Source of the DNA: Tubiluchus corallicola
Taxonomy: Eukaryota > Animalia > Priapulida
Direction of reading: 5' to 3'
Assembly: GCA_030141605.1 (NCBI GenBank)
Contig: JAQGDQ010000002.1
Location: forward strand, 2,914,001-2,978,000
DNA length: 64,000 nt
Shown piece after piece: positions 10,766 to 23,110 of the stretch. The translations under genes and the position numbers were made by a program. Each line of letters opens with the position of its first letter. Within the stretch, counting starts at the first letter, position 1. The notes below the pieces were generated by a model. It was not told the origin of the DNA, did no database searches, and saw nothing but the letters and a program-made list of their open reading frames with translations.

Positions 10766-11439
10766 TCATCCTCTTAGAAAAGAGATGAAAAGTACTTATT
10801 AAGTAGTAAAATAATGATTGATTAAATTCAACAAGAATCCAGTCATCTTAATCAACTTAATTAATAAGTCTACTGACTGCATATGCCAATGAATGCCGAA
10901 AACTGTTGCACATTTGGAAGAGTTTATAAAATATGTTACAGTTAAAACAGTAAAATGTCCAAGATTTGTGCTTAGCTGTTCTCTTGACATGTGAGAATTT
11001 TTGCGGCCGTGACTCTTGACAGATCTGTCAGCGCGATGAGGTATTTATCATCACTCTTAGCCTCTTCTTCTGCTAATAGGCTTCCCAAGACAGACCGTCA
11101 AATTGCCAATTACATTCGTCAAATACACACAGCTGAGTGGGAAAGATAGAAGAAAAACCAACAAAGACGTGAATATTGAGAACTGGTTCACAAAGTTGAT
11201 CTTATACAAAAGTTTCTGTGAGATTTCACATTTAATATTTGATTAGGTGTTAATAGCCTAATATGCATTAATTTTTGTTTGATATACGCACAATTTCCAC
11301 ATCGTTATAAAAACAGAAAAAAATAAAAAACAACAACTACTTAAATAACAACGAATTATTACAAATATTCGACGACATCAGCAAAGAAATTTTATAATTA
11401 TTCGCGAAGAAAATTATTAGAAGTGAAATACAGGAGAGT

Positions 11440-12599
11440 TGTAGAATAGTAGTGATAAATTGTTGACGTGATTATATTTGTTTGTGGCTGTCGTCGTTGT
11501 CGTCACCATCGCCGTCGTCGCAGTCACTGTCGCGGTGGGCCTGTTGTTAAAATATCACCAACCACTGCTAGTTCAATTAGAACGATGAATAAATCGTTAC
11601 CACGGGTAATAGATTAAGGTCCGATGTTGAAGTTTAGCACGAGAAAAGTGTCAGTTTTCAGGTACTGACACGGTCAAGTATAGCAAAATCATGTATAGTG
11701 TAACAATTAGGCTATGGAAAAGTATGACCTTGGGTCAAGGCCAACCACATAGAATGCAACAGCCCGGCACGTGTTGGGAGCTACGGTTAAAGTACACACA
11801 CATACAGTATCCAAATGAACACAAGGAGAATGTATTACTGTGACACTGTGACACGGTGGAGATCAAAAATCATCATCTGGGAGGTATGGTTAAAATACAC
11901 ACACATACTGTGTCCTAATATGAACATAAACATGATGCACTGACCCTACGTTACGGTGGAGGTCAAAGATCACCAAAATGTCATAACAGCCAGTGACATA
12001 AGGAAAAATTTAAGTGGTGCCGAGTGGCAGTGGGTTGGCAAGTTTATTTTGTTGACTCATTCATGACATCATTATGATTAGGTGAAAGACACTCAAAACA
12101 TCACCACATGCCAAAAAATATCTGGTGTCAAGGTCACTGCCTTAAAATTGTAATACCTCTGTTTCTGTATGACGTATGATCATTGCAATATGTAAAACGT
12201 GGCAAACTTCGGGTCATGGTGGCGATCAAAAGCCACTACTGTCATTATTCTAAAATGCGTAGTTAAATAACGTAGTGTAGCAGTGACTAATTAATGAATT
12301 ACAACACCATGACAAATTAAACGTGACAATAAAAAGGTAATCTATGGTAAGGGTCATCAACTTAAAATGAACCCTTATTACAACAAGCTAAAAAATGGTA
12401 GCAAAAATTCATAATACCCAGTCATGATCGAGTTCAGAGATTACTGAAATGTCATGACCCAAAATGCGAAGAATAAAAACTGTTAGGTGTTGCAGTGAAA
12501 GGCAGGCATTTTCAGATCATTAAATGATATCTGACAGACAAAAAACAACTATAAAATTTCAGAGCTTATCTATGCCCAAACCCCGAAATATTGCTTGTT
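11440..12599 (-). mobile_element. Helentron-associated (HINE-like) non-autonomous repeat containing a ~103-bp tandem duplication
   Basis: The minus strand begins AACAAG (12599). Many TGACC/GGTCA motifs; duplicated units start at 11775 and 11878 (TGGGAG.TA.GGTTAAA.TACACACACATAC...ACGGTGGAG.TCAAA); a (GAC)n-like tract at 11490-11520 lies near the 3' end. Boundaries are approximate and the class is inferred from architecture. Confidence 0.45.
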
Positions 12600-15354
12600 A
12601 ATAATTATTATTGAATAGACTACCGTTGCAAAATGGGTGGATTTACGTACCCGATGTTTCCACTTTTTGTTTTTGTATGTTACATTTGATTTCCTGAAAT
12701 TGAAATTGGTTTATCTGTCGGGGCTTCACATCTTTCCAACTTGCATTACAGAAAGCTCCTCTTATCTTACCCAAGCTGCAAAGACCGTTTAGAAAGTTAT
12801 TTTTTCAAGACGGTATCTGGATTTTGGTCTTCCTGATCTAGAGAAACTAATTTGCAAACGCGGTGCGAGCTTCATACAAACTAAATTAAATCCGCATGTC
12901 CGGGAAATCCACACCACCGTTAGCTGCCATCACTTCTACCCAGGGCATTTTCCTCTTCTGTATCCCTTGCTGTCGACGAGAAGATTATGGTGGTCTCCAT
13001 TATGAAGAACCAATAACCATATAACTTCAGGACGTGTATGATGGTCGATAAGTAAGTGAACATTACTGGCAAAGTTTGGGCTGATATTCGCAAAATTTGG
13101 CAGATTTGTAATTTGACAAAAACCACTATTAACCAAATAAATCTGTTGTCCTTTTGGACGAGGTGAAAGACGAATCTCATTTATAGAGCTGAATGTTATA
13201 TATCAAACCAAACTTTACAACGATTTCGATGCCTAAACCAGGAAAGTGATGAAATTTTTTTGTGCTTCCATAATGACATATCATCGCCATGTTGTCATGG
13301 TCTACATTTCATTTTGTCCTTTGTCTTTGTGTGAACTTAGTTTGGCTTCTCAGTTTGTGGATTCTGGCGCTTGCCGTTGCCTGAACTTGGCTTCAAAGCC
13401 TCCCAGGTCTGCCGTCGCGATCATTATCCATCATCAGTGAAATGGTGCGTCGGCCCATTTCCACAATGATATAAGTGGCTCCATAAAGATAATAGAGCAA
13501 CCAACATTTGTACTCGCAGAAAAGACACATAAAATAACCATAAACCATTTTATATCACTAGGAATAACTCAACGACTCGCGTTTGTTGCGAGCGATGCTG
13601 GGTGTTATGTATGAGATTTCACGCGCTGAGTTCTTGTTGTGTACTGATCATTTGTAACTTTCTAATGATGCTTAACAAATTAAGAAAAAAATTGGGATTG
13701 CGAACATTTGGGAGCTGAAAACACTTGAAATCAATAATTCAAAAAAAAGGAGATCCCACGTTGATACTTCACTCTTTGCACACTAATTATGGTTAATGTT
13801 GGTTCGCAGTTAATATCTGCAATACATCTTGATCTATCATATTCTAAGGCCTGATGATTTTTCTAACAATGCATTTAGTCGGTTATACGCTTACATTAAT
13901 ACGTTTACGCCAGACAATAATATTATTTATTCAATTTTATTTTTAAGCTTTTATTCAAATTGCTTTTTTACGAATCCATTACTGCATAGCATATTTATTC
14001 AACGTGGCTTCTCAAATCTTATACTACAGAACATAGCGTACAAGGCGTAGAAACCAATATCTGCGAGAAATTTAGTAAACTTCATAAGAGTGAAAAAAGT
14101 CAAACTGTTCGTTGCAGGCAGTTAAACAGCCAATATGCATCCACTTTGCAGGAATGTTTGCTACCAACAGGGTTTACTTCAGCACTGCCACAGAAAACGG
14201 TTTACTGAGGTAGACAGGTGGCAAAAGTTCTTTAAACATATCTAAAAGAAATTTCCACCTATCTATTTGAAATCCTTGAATCATATGCAAGAGCATTTCT
14301 GAAGTTGCACAATTCTTTGGTCGTACAGCGCAGCACCTACATTTATATGGTAAATGAATTTATTAAATGCGTGTAAATCAAATCAATACAAATCAAATCA
14401 TCGCCTGACTGCACGGACATAAATGTATTTCATAAAAGCTCTTTTTGGTGAAATCTGCTATCTCCATATGCATAATTATTCAGATCTTTGTAAATTCTGT
14501 TATTTCACTGAAGTGCTTCGTGTTTTAAAAGTTCATTTTGCAACATCTATAGTAATTAATTAATCTGAGTGCAACACGTCCCTGTTTGTCTCTGTCAAAA
14601 ACGGAAGGTATCACCATGCCCAGCAATGTAGAAGGCACTGGGAAACGCATAACTTGACGCGCGACGTGCATGTACAGTGTATGTTAAAATCCTATAAGGA
14701 ACGGCGGTCCCATGTACATTTTTACCTGAAATGACCCACTTTACCCTTCAAAAATTCCAATCGAAGTATTTTCGTTTAAAATCACGTTTAAGTACGGAAA
14801 TGTATTCAACCGGCAGAGGACACCTTGCGCTTCATTAACGCCAATACCTATAACTGCTTTAGTGTCGTTTCATTACAGCTGAGGACACGACCTGTGCGTG
14901 ACCATACAATATCCCGATAAAATAAGTTTAGCAAATTATCACTGGAGCCCAAATTATAACACTCTAATAGTTAGCGTCAATACGTGTTACAAACACAGCG
15001 TGTCACATCCACAATTTCCAGAAAAAGCAATAAGCTGCAAAACAGATTTTAGTTTGCTCACTCTATAACCTGCTTGTCATATGTCTGGAATCCAGCCGGC
15101 ATGTTGCGTGATATCGCCACTAATTAAGATTCGCAATTAAAATTAAAAATTCTTTAAATTCTTTAACAATAGATATGTTAGCACAAACACTGCACATATA
15201 GCCCGTTAGTGAAAGTATCTGGAAAATATATTTTCCACAAATTATCAAGTTGGCATTTTTTCATGATAGGTTTATTCTTGCGTCACGCGGCTGCTTAATC
15301 TTTTGTCATTTTTGGATAAAGCTACAATTTCATCATACAATGTAAGAATGAGAT

Positions 15355-15581
15355 TTACTAGGCTGGTCCTGCACATACATGCATACGTGTATCATCGGAA
15401 AGCTCGTTTTGCATAAGGATACTAGACGTCTTTTTTTGTGCAAAGCCCACGAGGGCCGTTTTTTTGGACAGACGCGCAAGAATTTTTCAAAAACGTGCTC
15501 AGAAATAAAAAAATGACGTTACAACTGTATGGCAATAAACAAATAAAAAGGAATTTACAGGAAAGGCCCAGCCTTTAGTAA
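15355..15581. mobile_element. Small foldback MITE
   Basis: TTACTAGGCTGGTCCT at left versus AGGCCCAGCCTTTAGTAA at right; inner arms AGCTCGTTTT..CGTCT versus AGACG..AAAAACGTGCT; central GCCC-ACGA-GGGC hairpin. Confidence 0.55.
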
Positions 15582-18309
15582 GTTAAGTTTATATAAACTC
15601 ATTTAAATGTTCGTGAAAAATGTTAGAAAAAATACTCTATACTATTATAAAAGATCTGTGAGTATGTATGTATGTTATAGCGAGTTTTTAGCGAATGTCG
15701 ACAATGGCACTATGTGATAAATGGTCTTCAACCTCTCTTACTAGTAAGCCATAATGCTTTCTAACTATATATGATGTTATACGTAAATAATTAACGCCTT
15801 TTTGGCTTCCCGCAACGTTAATAATTAAACTTATCCCGTTTTCATTCTTGCTTGAGTTTCCATCACTCAAGTACGTGAATAATTGATGATAACAAGGGAG
15901 TCGGATATTTAGCCTACAGCCACACTTTGGACGGCAGGACCCATTTGCACTGTGCAATGCGCACAATAAAATGTCTAACGCATTTTTCGATAACATATAT
16001 ATAAATCAATCGTTAAACTATTGCTTATACCTATTGTCGACAAACAATATTAACTGCTAATGTTATTTATGAAGATAACTGACATTAAATAAAATGATTT
16101 TGTCTTATCTTTCTTATCTTATCTTATCTAACGTTTTAGTAGATGTGACAGCGTGCAAAAATATATACGTGCTAACGCATTAAATAAATTACTTACAAAA
16201 TTTAGGCCTACATATTGCTTTCTCTTTGCAATATTAACATTGAACACTAAACTAAAATCAGTTAATAAAGATGAGCTTATAAATTATTAGTATCATAAAA
16301 GAAAGTGAATAAACATTTAATTAGCTTTGCGGCATACATTCAATTCATTCATTTGCGGCATACATTCATCATCATGAATTTGCAACTTTGAATTTACTCT
16401 GGGTCCGAAACGATTAGCTTAAATTAAGTTAAAATTGGCTCTAGACACTATGGAGTATAAAATACAATGCACTTTTTCAACTTACAGTTGTCAATATTTA
16501 CAAAACTGACGCTGATTACTATACTGTAATTTCACCAATTTGTAAAGTCACAGACTACTGGTATACACAGCAGTGTATATAACACGTTTCAAAATTTTCG
16601 ACCATGCGTACAAAATTTTAATGATAATTTAATTGTGCTGTTTTAGCAAAGATGATTATATTTGCTCACACACTTTTTCATAAAGTTCTACCTATTTAAA
16701 TAGTAAGACCACTTAAGCTTCTGAATTAACTTAATGTCGTTAAGGAAGCACTCGGGCGCAGAATTTTCATGCACTCATCAGCGCGATAATTAAATTTTCA
16801 CCAGACCTCACCAACTTCCAAGCAGCATTAATCAACAAAACCTGTTTCCAGCTGTTACTTTAATTATTCCACTAATTGGTTTACAGGCGAGAAAAGCCTC
16901 AGCGTTTTACATGTAATTACGTCAGGCCGTACTTGACATTTTCAGTTGAAGACACTTCAAAGTGAACACGCACGAGATAAACTTATCCTCGTGTACCTTT
17001 TTAAGAAGCACACGTCCAGTCTCATCAAGTTTCATATCTTCTTTGCCCACACGTCTGAGCCAAGGTGATTCTCTTCAAAGCAAACCGGCTGATCTCATGA
17101 GCCTCTGCAGGACTTTCTTTGTAACTGATGGGAGAAAATTTAACCCAAGTCCCAAGACATCGCCGAGAAAGACCTATGGAATGAAATGCACGAGGCCGTG
17201 GCTTCCTTTGCCTTAGCTCTCTCGCTCTCTTTGAATGGTTTCCAGGACGGAAGATCAAAGAGATGATTAAGCTGCTACGAACAAGAAAAGACAAGGGCTT
17301 AGCATAAGAATGAAATTCTTGAAATCAAAGGGATGATGATTAGGCCAAGGGAAGAAAGATTAGACTTCAGCTTGGTCTCTTTTTGTCATAATGCTGAAAA
17401 AGTTACTCGCAAAATGTATAATGTTTATTCTTTCTCTAAAGTAGGGTAACTAAGAATATTTTCCCGTCCTTGCAGTGCAGAATAGTTTAGGTTTTAAGAC
17501 AAACTATTGAAATTTGTATCTGTGTGTCTGAGCGCATAGTTTCTTACATCAACTGTTTTGTACTTTCTGCACCTGCGTTATATCGCCATAATTTCAAAGT
17601 AAAAATTATTCATTAATAATCACGCGAAACGATGGTTTGTAAATTCTGTGTTATACGTTTAATAATTTCTATAAAATTTCACATATTTTTTTGTAATTTA
17701 GTATATAATAAAATTGTGTATGATAATGCTGTAATTAGTAATTAATTAATACTAATTTCATTCAAATGTACGCGTTACCTCGAGTCAATGGGCGCCTGGT
17801 GGCTATGTAAGCAAATTCTGTTCTCTTCCAATGTATTTCGAAGACAAGAGAAAATTGTTTGTGACTGGAAAATAAAACTGAATTCCCTAATGTGAGCGTC
17901 CTATACGTTTATGGAAAATGGTTAATGGTTTGGAAAATACATTAGACACGTGATCGTATCTCCAAGGAACAGATCAAAACTAGATTTATATGATAATATC
18001 TGCCTGTACAAGCATAAAGAGTACGTGCGCAGTTATAGCAGAGCTGCGAATATGACATGTAATTAACGTCGGGATCATTACTATTGCTAATTAAATGGTG
18101 AATTTCTTTTGCGTACTTGCGGGATGCTGGAAAATTGGTGGAGAAATTACACTAGATTCATAATACTCATAAACAGAAGGTTGAGAGAAAAAAGTCTACA
18201 GCAAATGGAATCTATAGCAAAAGTTTGTCAAGTTTGTCACAAGAGTCTACAAAGATGGTGATGTCGAATGCGGGTATCTATTCACTCTACTCGATGGCCT
18301 TTTAAAAAA

Positions 18310-18314
<5 letters not shown>

Positions 18315-18356
<42 letters not shown>

Positions 18357-18374
18357 AGAGAGAGAGAGAGAGAG
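18315..18374. repeat. (AG)n microsatellite
   Basis: Directly visible. Confidence 0.97.
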
Positions 18375-21300
18375 GGGGGAATAAAAACGACAGCCAGTTC
18401 TGAAATAAGAATATGGCCTAAAATCCAAATGGTACTATATTTGCTAAAGGCAGATAAAATTGGATTTACTCATGTGAAGAAAAGAAATAATTGCTGTACA
18501 GACTCAGTAAAAGACAAAAACAGCGTGAATGATCTATAGAGAAGTAAGTGAGGTCATAACGGTTACTGGTATTCGAGAGGGAAGAGACTGAATATTAATT
18601 ATCGACCATTGACTCCTCTGCCACATGATTATAATTTATATATGCAGTCTGCAGGATGTACACACTATTATGCCTATACATAAGTACATGTCCAGGACTG
18701 TATAATTTATAAAGTAATGTCTACCTCGACCAAAAAATTAATGTATTCGAATCCGACGTACAGTGAACCGTATCTACTGCAACAATAGTGCCATTGTGGT
18801 CGTACAAGCAATTAACGTCATATGAAATCAATAAAATGAAATTATATTCATAATGTATGTTAAGCAACGGAAACGGAAGGCATGCTTGAATTTCAACACG
18901 GAAAACAAGGTTTGGGCGTCTTAGTCATCATTATTGATTGCACGCAGTGATTTAGAAATGCAACCATAACATTTTCATGATGCTGACAATATGCACAGCT
19001 CTGCTATATCGACTTCCATATCTAATATCTAATTTATCATTAACTAATAAAATATAGTTAAATCATTATCAAAATTATGTCTATTATTATATGCTGTTTT
19101 GTTTTTTGATTTATGAGTATGTGTAATTGCATTAGAATTGGTAATTATGTTTATTGTTTTCGTTGTTTTGTACTCGTTGTTTTTCGTTGTGTATAATTCG
19201 TGTAGATTTTGTTACTACGTATTAAAATAAGCTCGTTCTCTTTTATTGTGTATGTACGTTGTGATGGATTATAATTTGTAACTATGTCTACTGTATATGA
19301 TCGTTGTCTTTCATTGTGTGTAATGCGTTAGATTCTAAAATTATGTGTATTACAATATGTTTAACGTTTTGTAAATGGTTTTAGCAATTTTAAAACACAT
19401 CCCTGCAAATAGAGGAAATGTATATTGTACATAGTTTTTTTACAAATAAAGAATTATAACAATAATAAGAAGAATAAAATATAAAAATATCTAAAATGAC
19501 TTCATATTAACAAAAATTGTAATCTAGCAAAGTTTAACCGAAAAATTGGACAGACTGGATGAGTTGCATGGGCAAGTTGCAGAAATTCGTATAACACGTG
19601 CGCGTGCGTGAAATGCCAAACTACATGAGAACTGTGCGTATTGTTTAAAAGCAATTACAACGTCATCGCAAGGTCTGTGTAAAAAAGTAATGCAGTGCAC
19701 TCCACAATGATGTCATTAAGATCGGCACCCTTCATTACGGAAGTTGCCACCATATGGTTAGGTACATTAAGATATACCTGCTGACAGTGAATCCAATGAT
19801 CTTGGATTACTGACCTTGAGGTATTGAACTTAATAAGCCATGGTCAAGTGTTACTAGACTGGTCAATAGTTTCATTTTGGAACTATTCATACTTTATAGT
19901 GTTGAGGAAAACAGTTTACGCAACAGAACAAGAAAAATAAACGCAAGACTCCAGAACCCAAAAAATGAAAATATCTCTAAATTAGATAGCATTACTGTAT
20001 ATATCAACCCCGGAGCAAAAAAGCACTTGCAGGTAAACCATAATTATGTGCGAATCACAGCACTCGTCATTTCTGTGCACCAGTTGTTCAGTTTCGTATT
20101 TCATAAAAACCTTGAGCAGTGCAGATCTTCGCCAGTCAAACTTTCGGAAATACTTCGAGCATAAAAGGTTCTGAGAAATGTTCTCCGTCATGTTAATGGC
20201 GCATCAAAATTTATCGCACAGACTTCATCAAAACCTGCTATCAAACGATGCACGTTTATGAAAACATGCGGCTACAGCAGCAGAATTACAATTGTCTGAA
20301 TTTTAAAATGATGGCTTCATTTTTGCTGAGAATAGCGTTTTTCATGTAACTTTCTTATTTGCTGTACGACGATCAACAACTAATGCCGCCTAAAATTATT
20401 AGATCGCTGCTCTTTATCCTACTGTTATCCTACAGCGTTAATTATGAAAACTACCCAGCCAAAGTAATTAGTTAATTATATATTAGTTTATTCAGCTTAT
20501 AAATAATTTAAATCGTGTACATTAACAACAACGTTTACTAAACACAGTAAGATGAGTAGCAATTTCAACCTTCTTTCTTTGCTAACATTGAAATCAATTA
20601 TCTGACTACATCCCTCCAAGGTTTCAGCCACTCATGAAATATATTCTTCTCATTTTTCGTTACGAATTAGCCTCTCTGGTGATTTCAACATCCAGGTCAT
20701 CCTTTACGATGCAATAAACTTATGGAAATCGCTTTGCGACAAAAAGGAAATTTTTCTACGTCGACTAAGATGGCGTCCCTAAGGAATTTTCGGCTCTTTT
20801 TTCTCTTAAAATGCATTATTGCATGCGATGCATCTTGTCTGATGCTGTCTATGTGGAAGCTTGTGAGCTCTGTGGAAAATACCAGGCATTAATAAATATC
20901 CACGGCTTTGGCGGTGAAAAACTACGCAGAGCACTCATTTTGATTAAACGAATTTATTATAATCTTGTACCGGATTCAAATAAAGGGAAGTTATAAACTG
21001 CAGCGACAAGCCAATCTGCAATTATATGAAAACGGATTACTGAGAAATCAGAGACGACTAGCAAAACGCACAATTCGCTTTTGTTTTCACGAAAATTCTA
21101 TGTCGGATCTCTGCGTAATGAAAAATGTTGCTTGTTTTACAGAGCTGCCCGCCATATTGTCATTACAGTCTGTCGGAAGCCTATTAGTCTCTTGACAGTT
21201 AATTATATAGGAAAAGTTTAATCAATTTTTTCAATATCATATCTTGCAGCAACGGAGTTATTGGCTTAATACTTAATTAAAACAAGAAGTCACGCGTCTG

Positions 21301-22867
21301 GTGTATTGATTGCATTCATGCGCAAAATAATGAATTAGAGGAGATAACAATATCGATTGCAAGCCTTAAAGGTTTAATCTCAATAGAAACTTGAAAGGCA
21401 TTATGCATAGTTGCAGAATTGTAAGTTCGAAGTATTGTGGGATTCTGCAAGAATTAACTGACGATACGCAATAAAATAAGAACAAACGACAAGGGCGAAA
21501 ACATTCGCTTACAGCGATCAAAGTTAAGAAACACCGAGCCTGGTTAGTAAAGGTACTGATGGATACCTGCGAAGAAAAATGCTCATAGACGCGTTTCATC
21601 TGCCAGAATGCACTCAGCTACCTCGGCTCATCTTAAAAGATTATTGTTGATAATTACTTAATTAAACAGGTTCAGAGCCAATCACAGCCATTTAACGTTA
21701 GTCTCAGACCCTGCCGTTTATTGCTGAACGATTCTCAGCTGCGTGCTAGACTGCGTAATATTGGAGCAAAAGAAAATGGCTTTGTGATTATTTTCAAAAC
21801 CTAATTGAAGCTATATACACTAGCAAAAATTATATTCTACATATGTATCTGCATAACTGCATTATTGTGTCTACATTGAAAAACTTTAAATTGTGCAAAA
21901 TGTAACCAAAGGTATCGAAGTTTACTTATTAATCCGTGTTTAATAATCAGAGGAAAAGAAGTGCAGGACTCATACTCACTTCAGTGAAAAAATATGAGTG
22001 ATGCAAAGCGTTCAGCGAAACAGTCACGTGCCTAGAGAATTTTTCTGTGCAAAAAGCAAAAAACTCAGCAAAAAAGAAACACCGTGTAATATGAAATTAT
22101 GCTGCAAGTCATTGAAATGAAATAACAAAACCTTATTAAGTTTCATAACAGATTTCAAAACGGACGCTGATGATAAAATAATCACATGATTGATCTGCTT
22201 CTCTTAGACTGTTGTCTTTGATTACTTCTCGTGTCTATATATAGACTGAAGAAGACAGCATCATTTGCCGATAGCAAAGTCATCAGAATTTCATTAGTTT
22301 CTTGTCCAACAAGCAGAACTGATACAATTTACACAACACTTGAGTGCCTGTTTACTCTCTCGTTCCCCGAGGGGAGGAAAAGACATGATTGAAATGGCTT
22401 CGACATTTTTGGTTTTCCGGCGTATAAAAGCTATAGAATTAAAAATATAAAAGACGTGCTCGAAAGCATGGTTACGTCATCTCTGAGAAAAATGATCGTG
22501 TAGAATGTACGCAACTCTTCATTCATGTAATCTTTTGAAGTAATTACAGACTTGTATAGATGAGAATATTATAAATAGAACATCTTCGGTGGCAACTTGC
22601 TATGGAAATCTTGTTAAACATGGTTGTCATAATTTTGATCGTGATAAACGACATTACTATTTTTCCGTTAAAAGATTCTCAGCAAAACCAAACCGCATAC
22701 ACCTTTTTTATTCATATAATTAAGATTCTTACCAGATCTGAATTAAACCAAAGCAAGCCAATCGCACATGGAGAAAATAACAAGCACTTATGCCACGAGG
22801 GCCAGGATCCAAACACGGTTTCCAGTGACACTTGTTTGACGGTCCTAGACATTTTTGTAAATTAACC

Positions 22868-23110
22868 AATAACCGATTTTCAAATTAATAGGCTAAAGTT
22901 GTGTAGGTCGATTAGGAACGTGTATAAAACCGAAAGAATTTATGCGACAAAGTCGTGGATCATCAAAATGTACGAAAATAAGTTTTACGAACAACCAACA
23001 TGTAATTGTGATAAAAATCCATATGTTAAGTATTTTCACGTAGAAACTTTGCGCTAAAAATAACAACGTGATATTTAGATAAATGATCAACATCGAAAAA
23101 GTCGGTTATT
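22868..23110. mobile_element. Short-TIR MITE-like element
   Basis: AATAACCGATTTTC at left and AAAAAGTCGGTTATT at right form an imperfect terminal inverted repeat. Confidence 0.35.

Noticed and set aside
10569-10802. ER/SL-repeat ORFs (also near 43070, 56500-56900, 61616 and the D/N-rich ORF at 31327)
   Set aside because: Translations of microsatellites.
16326-16368. 17-bp direct repeat TTTGCGGCATACATTCA twice as a CRISPR-like or target-site signal
   Set aside because: Only two copies 9 bp apart, consistent with local slippage; eukaryotic context and no array anywhere in the window.
16962-17294. Overlapping 84/89-aa ORFs in a GC-richer patch as a nested gene
   Set aside because: No recognisable domain or convincing splice pattern; the same applies to the other short intronic ORFs.
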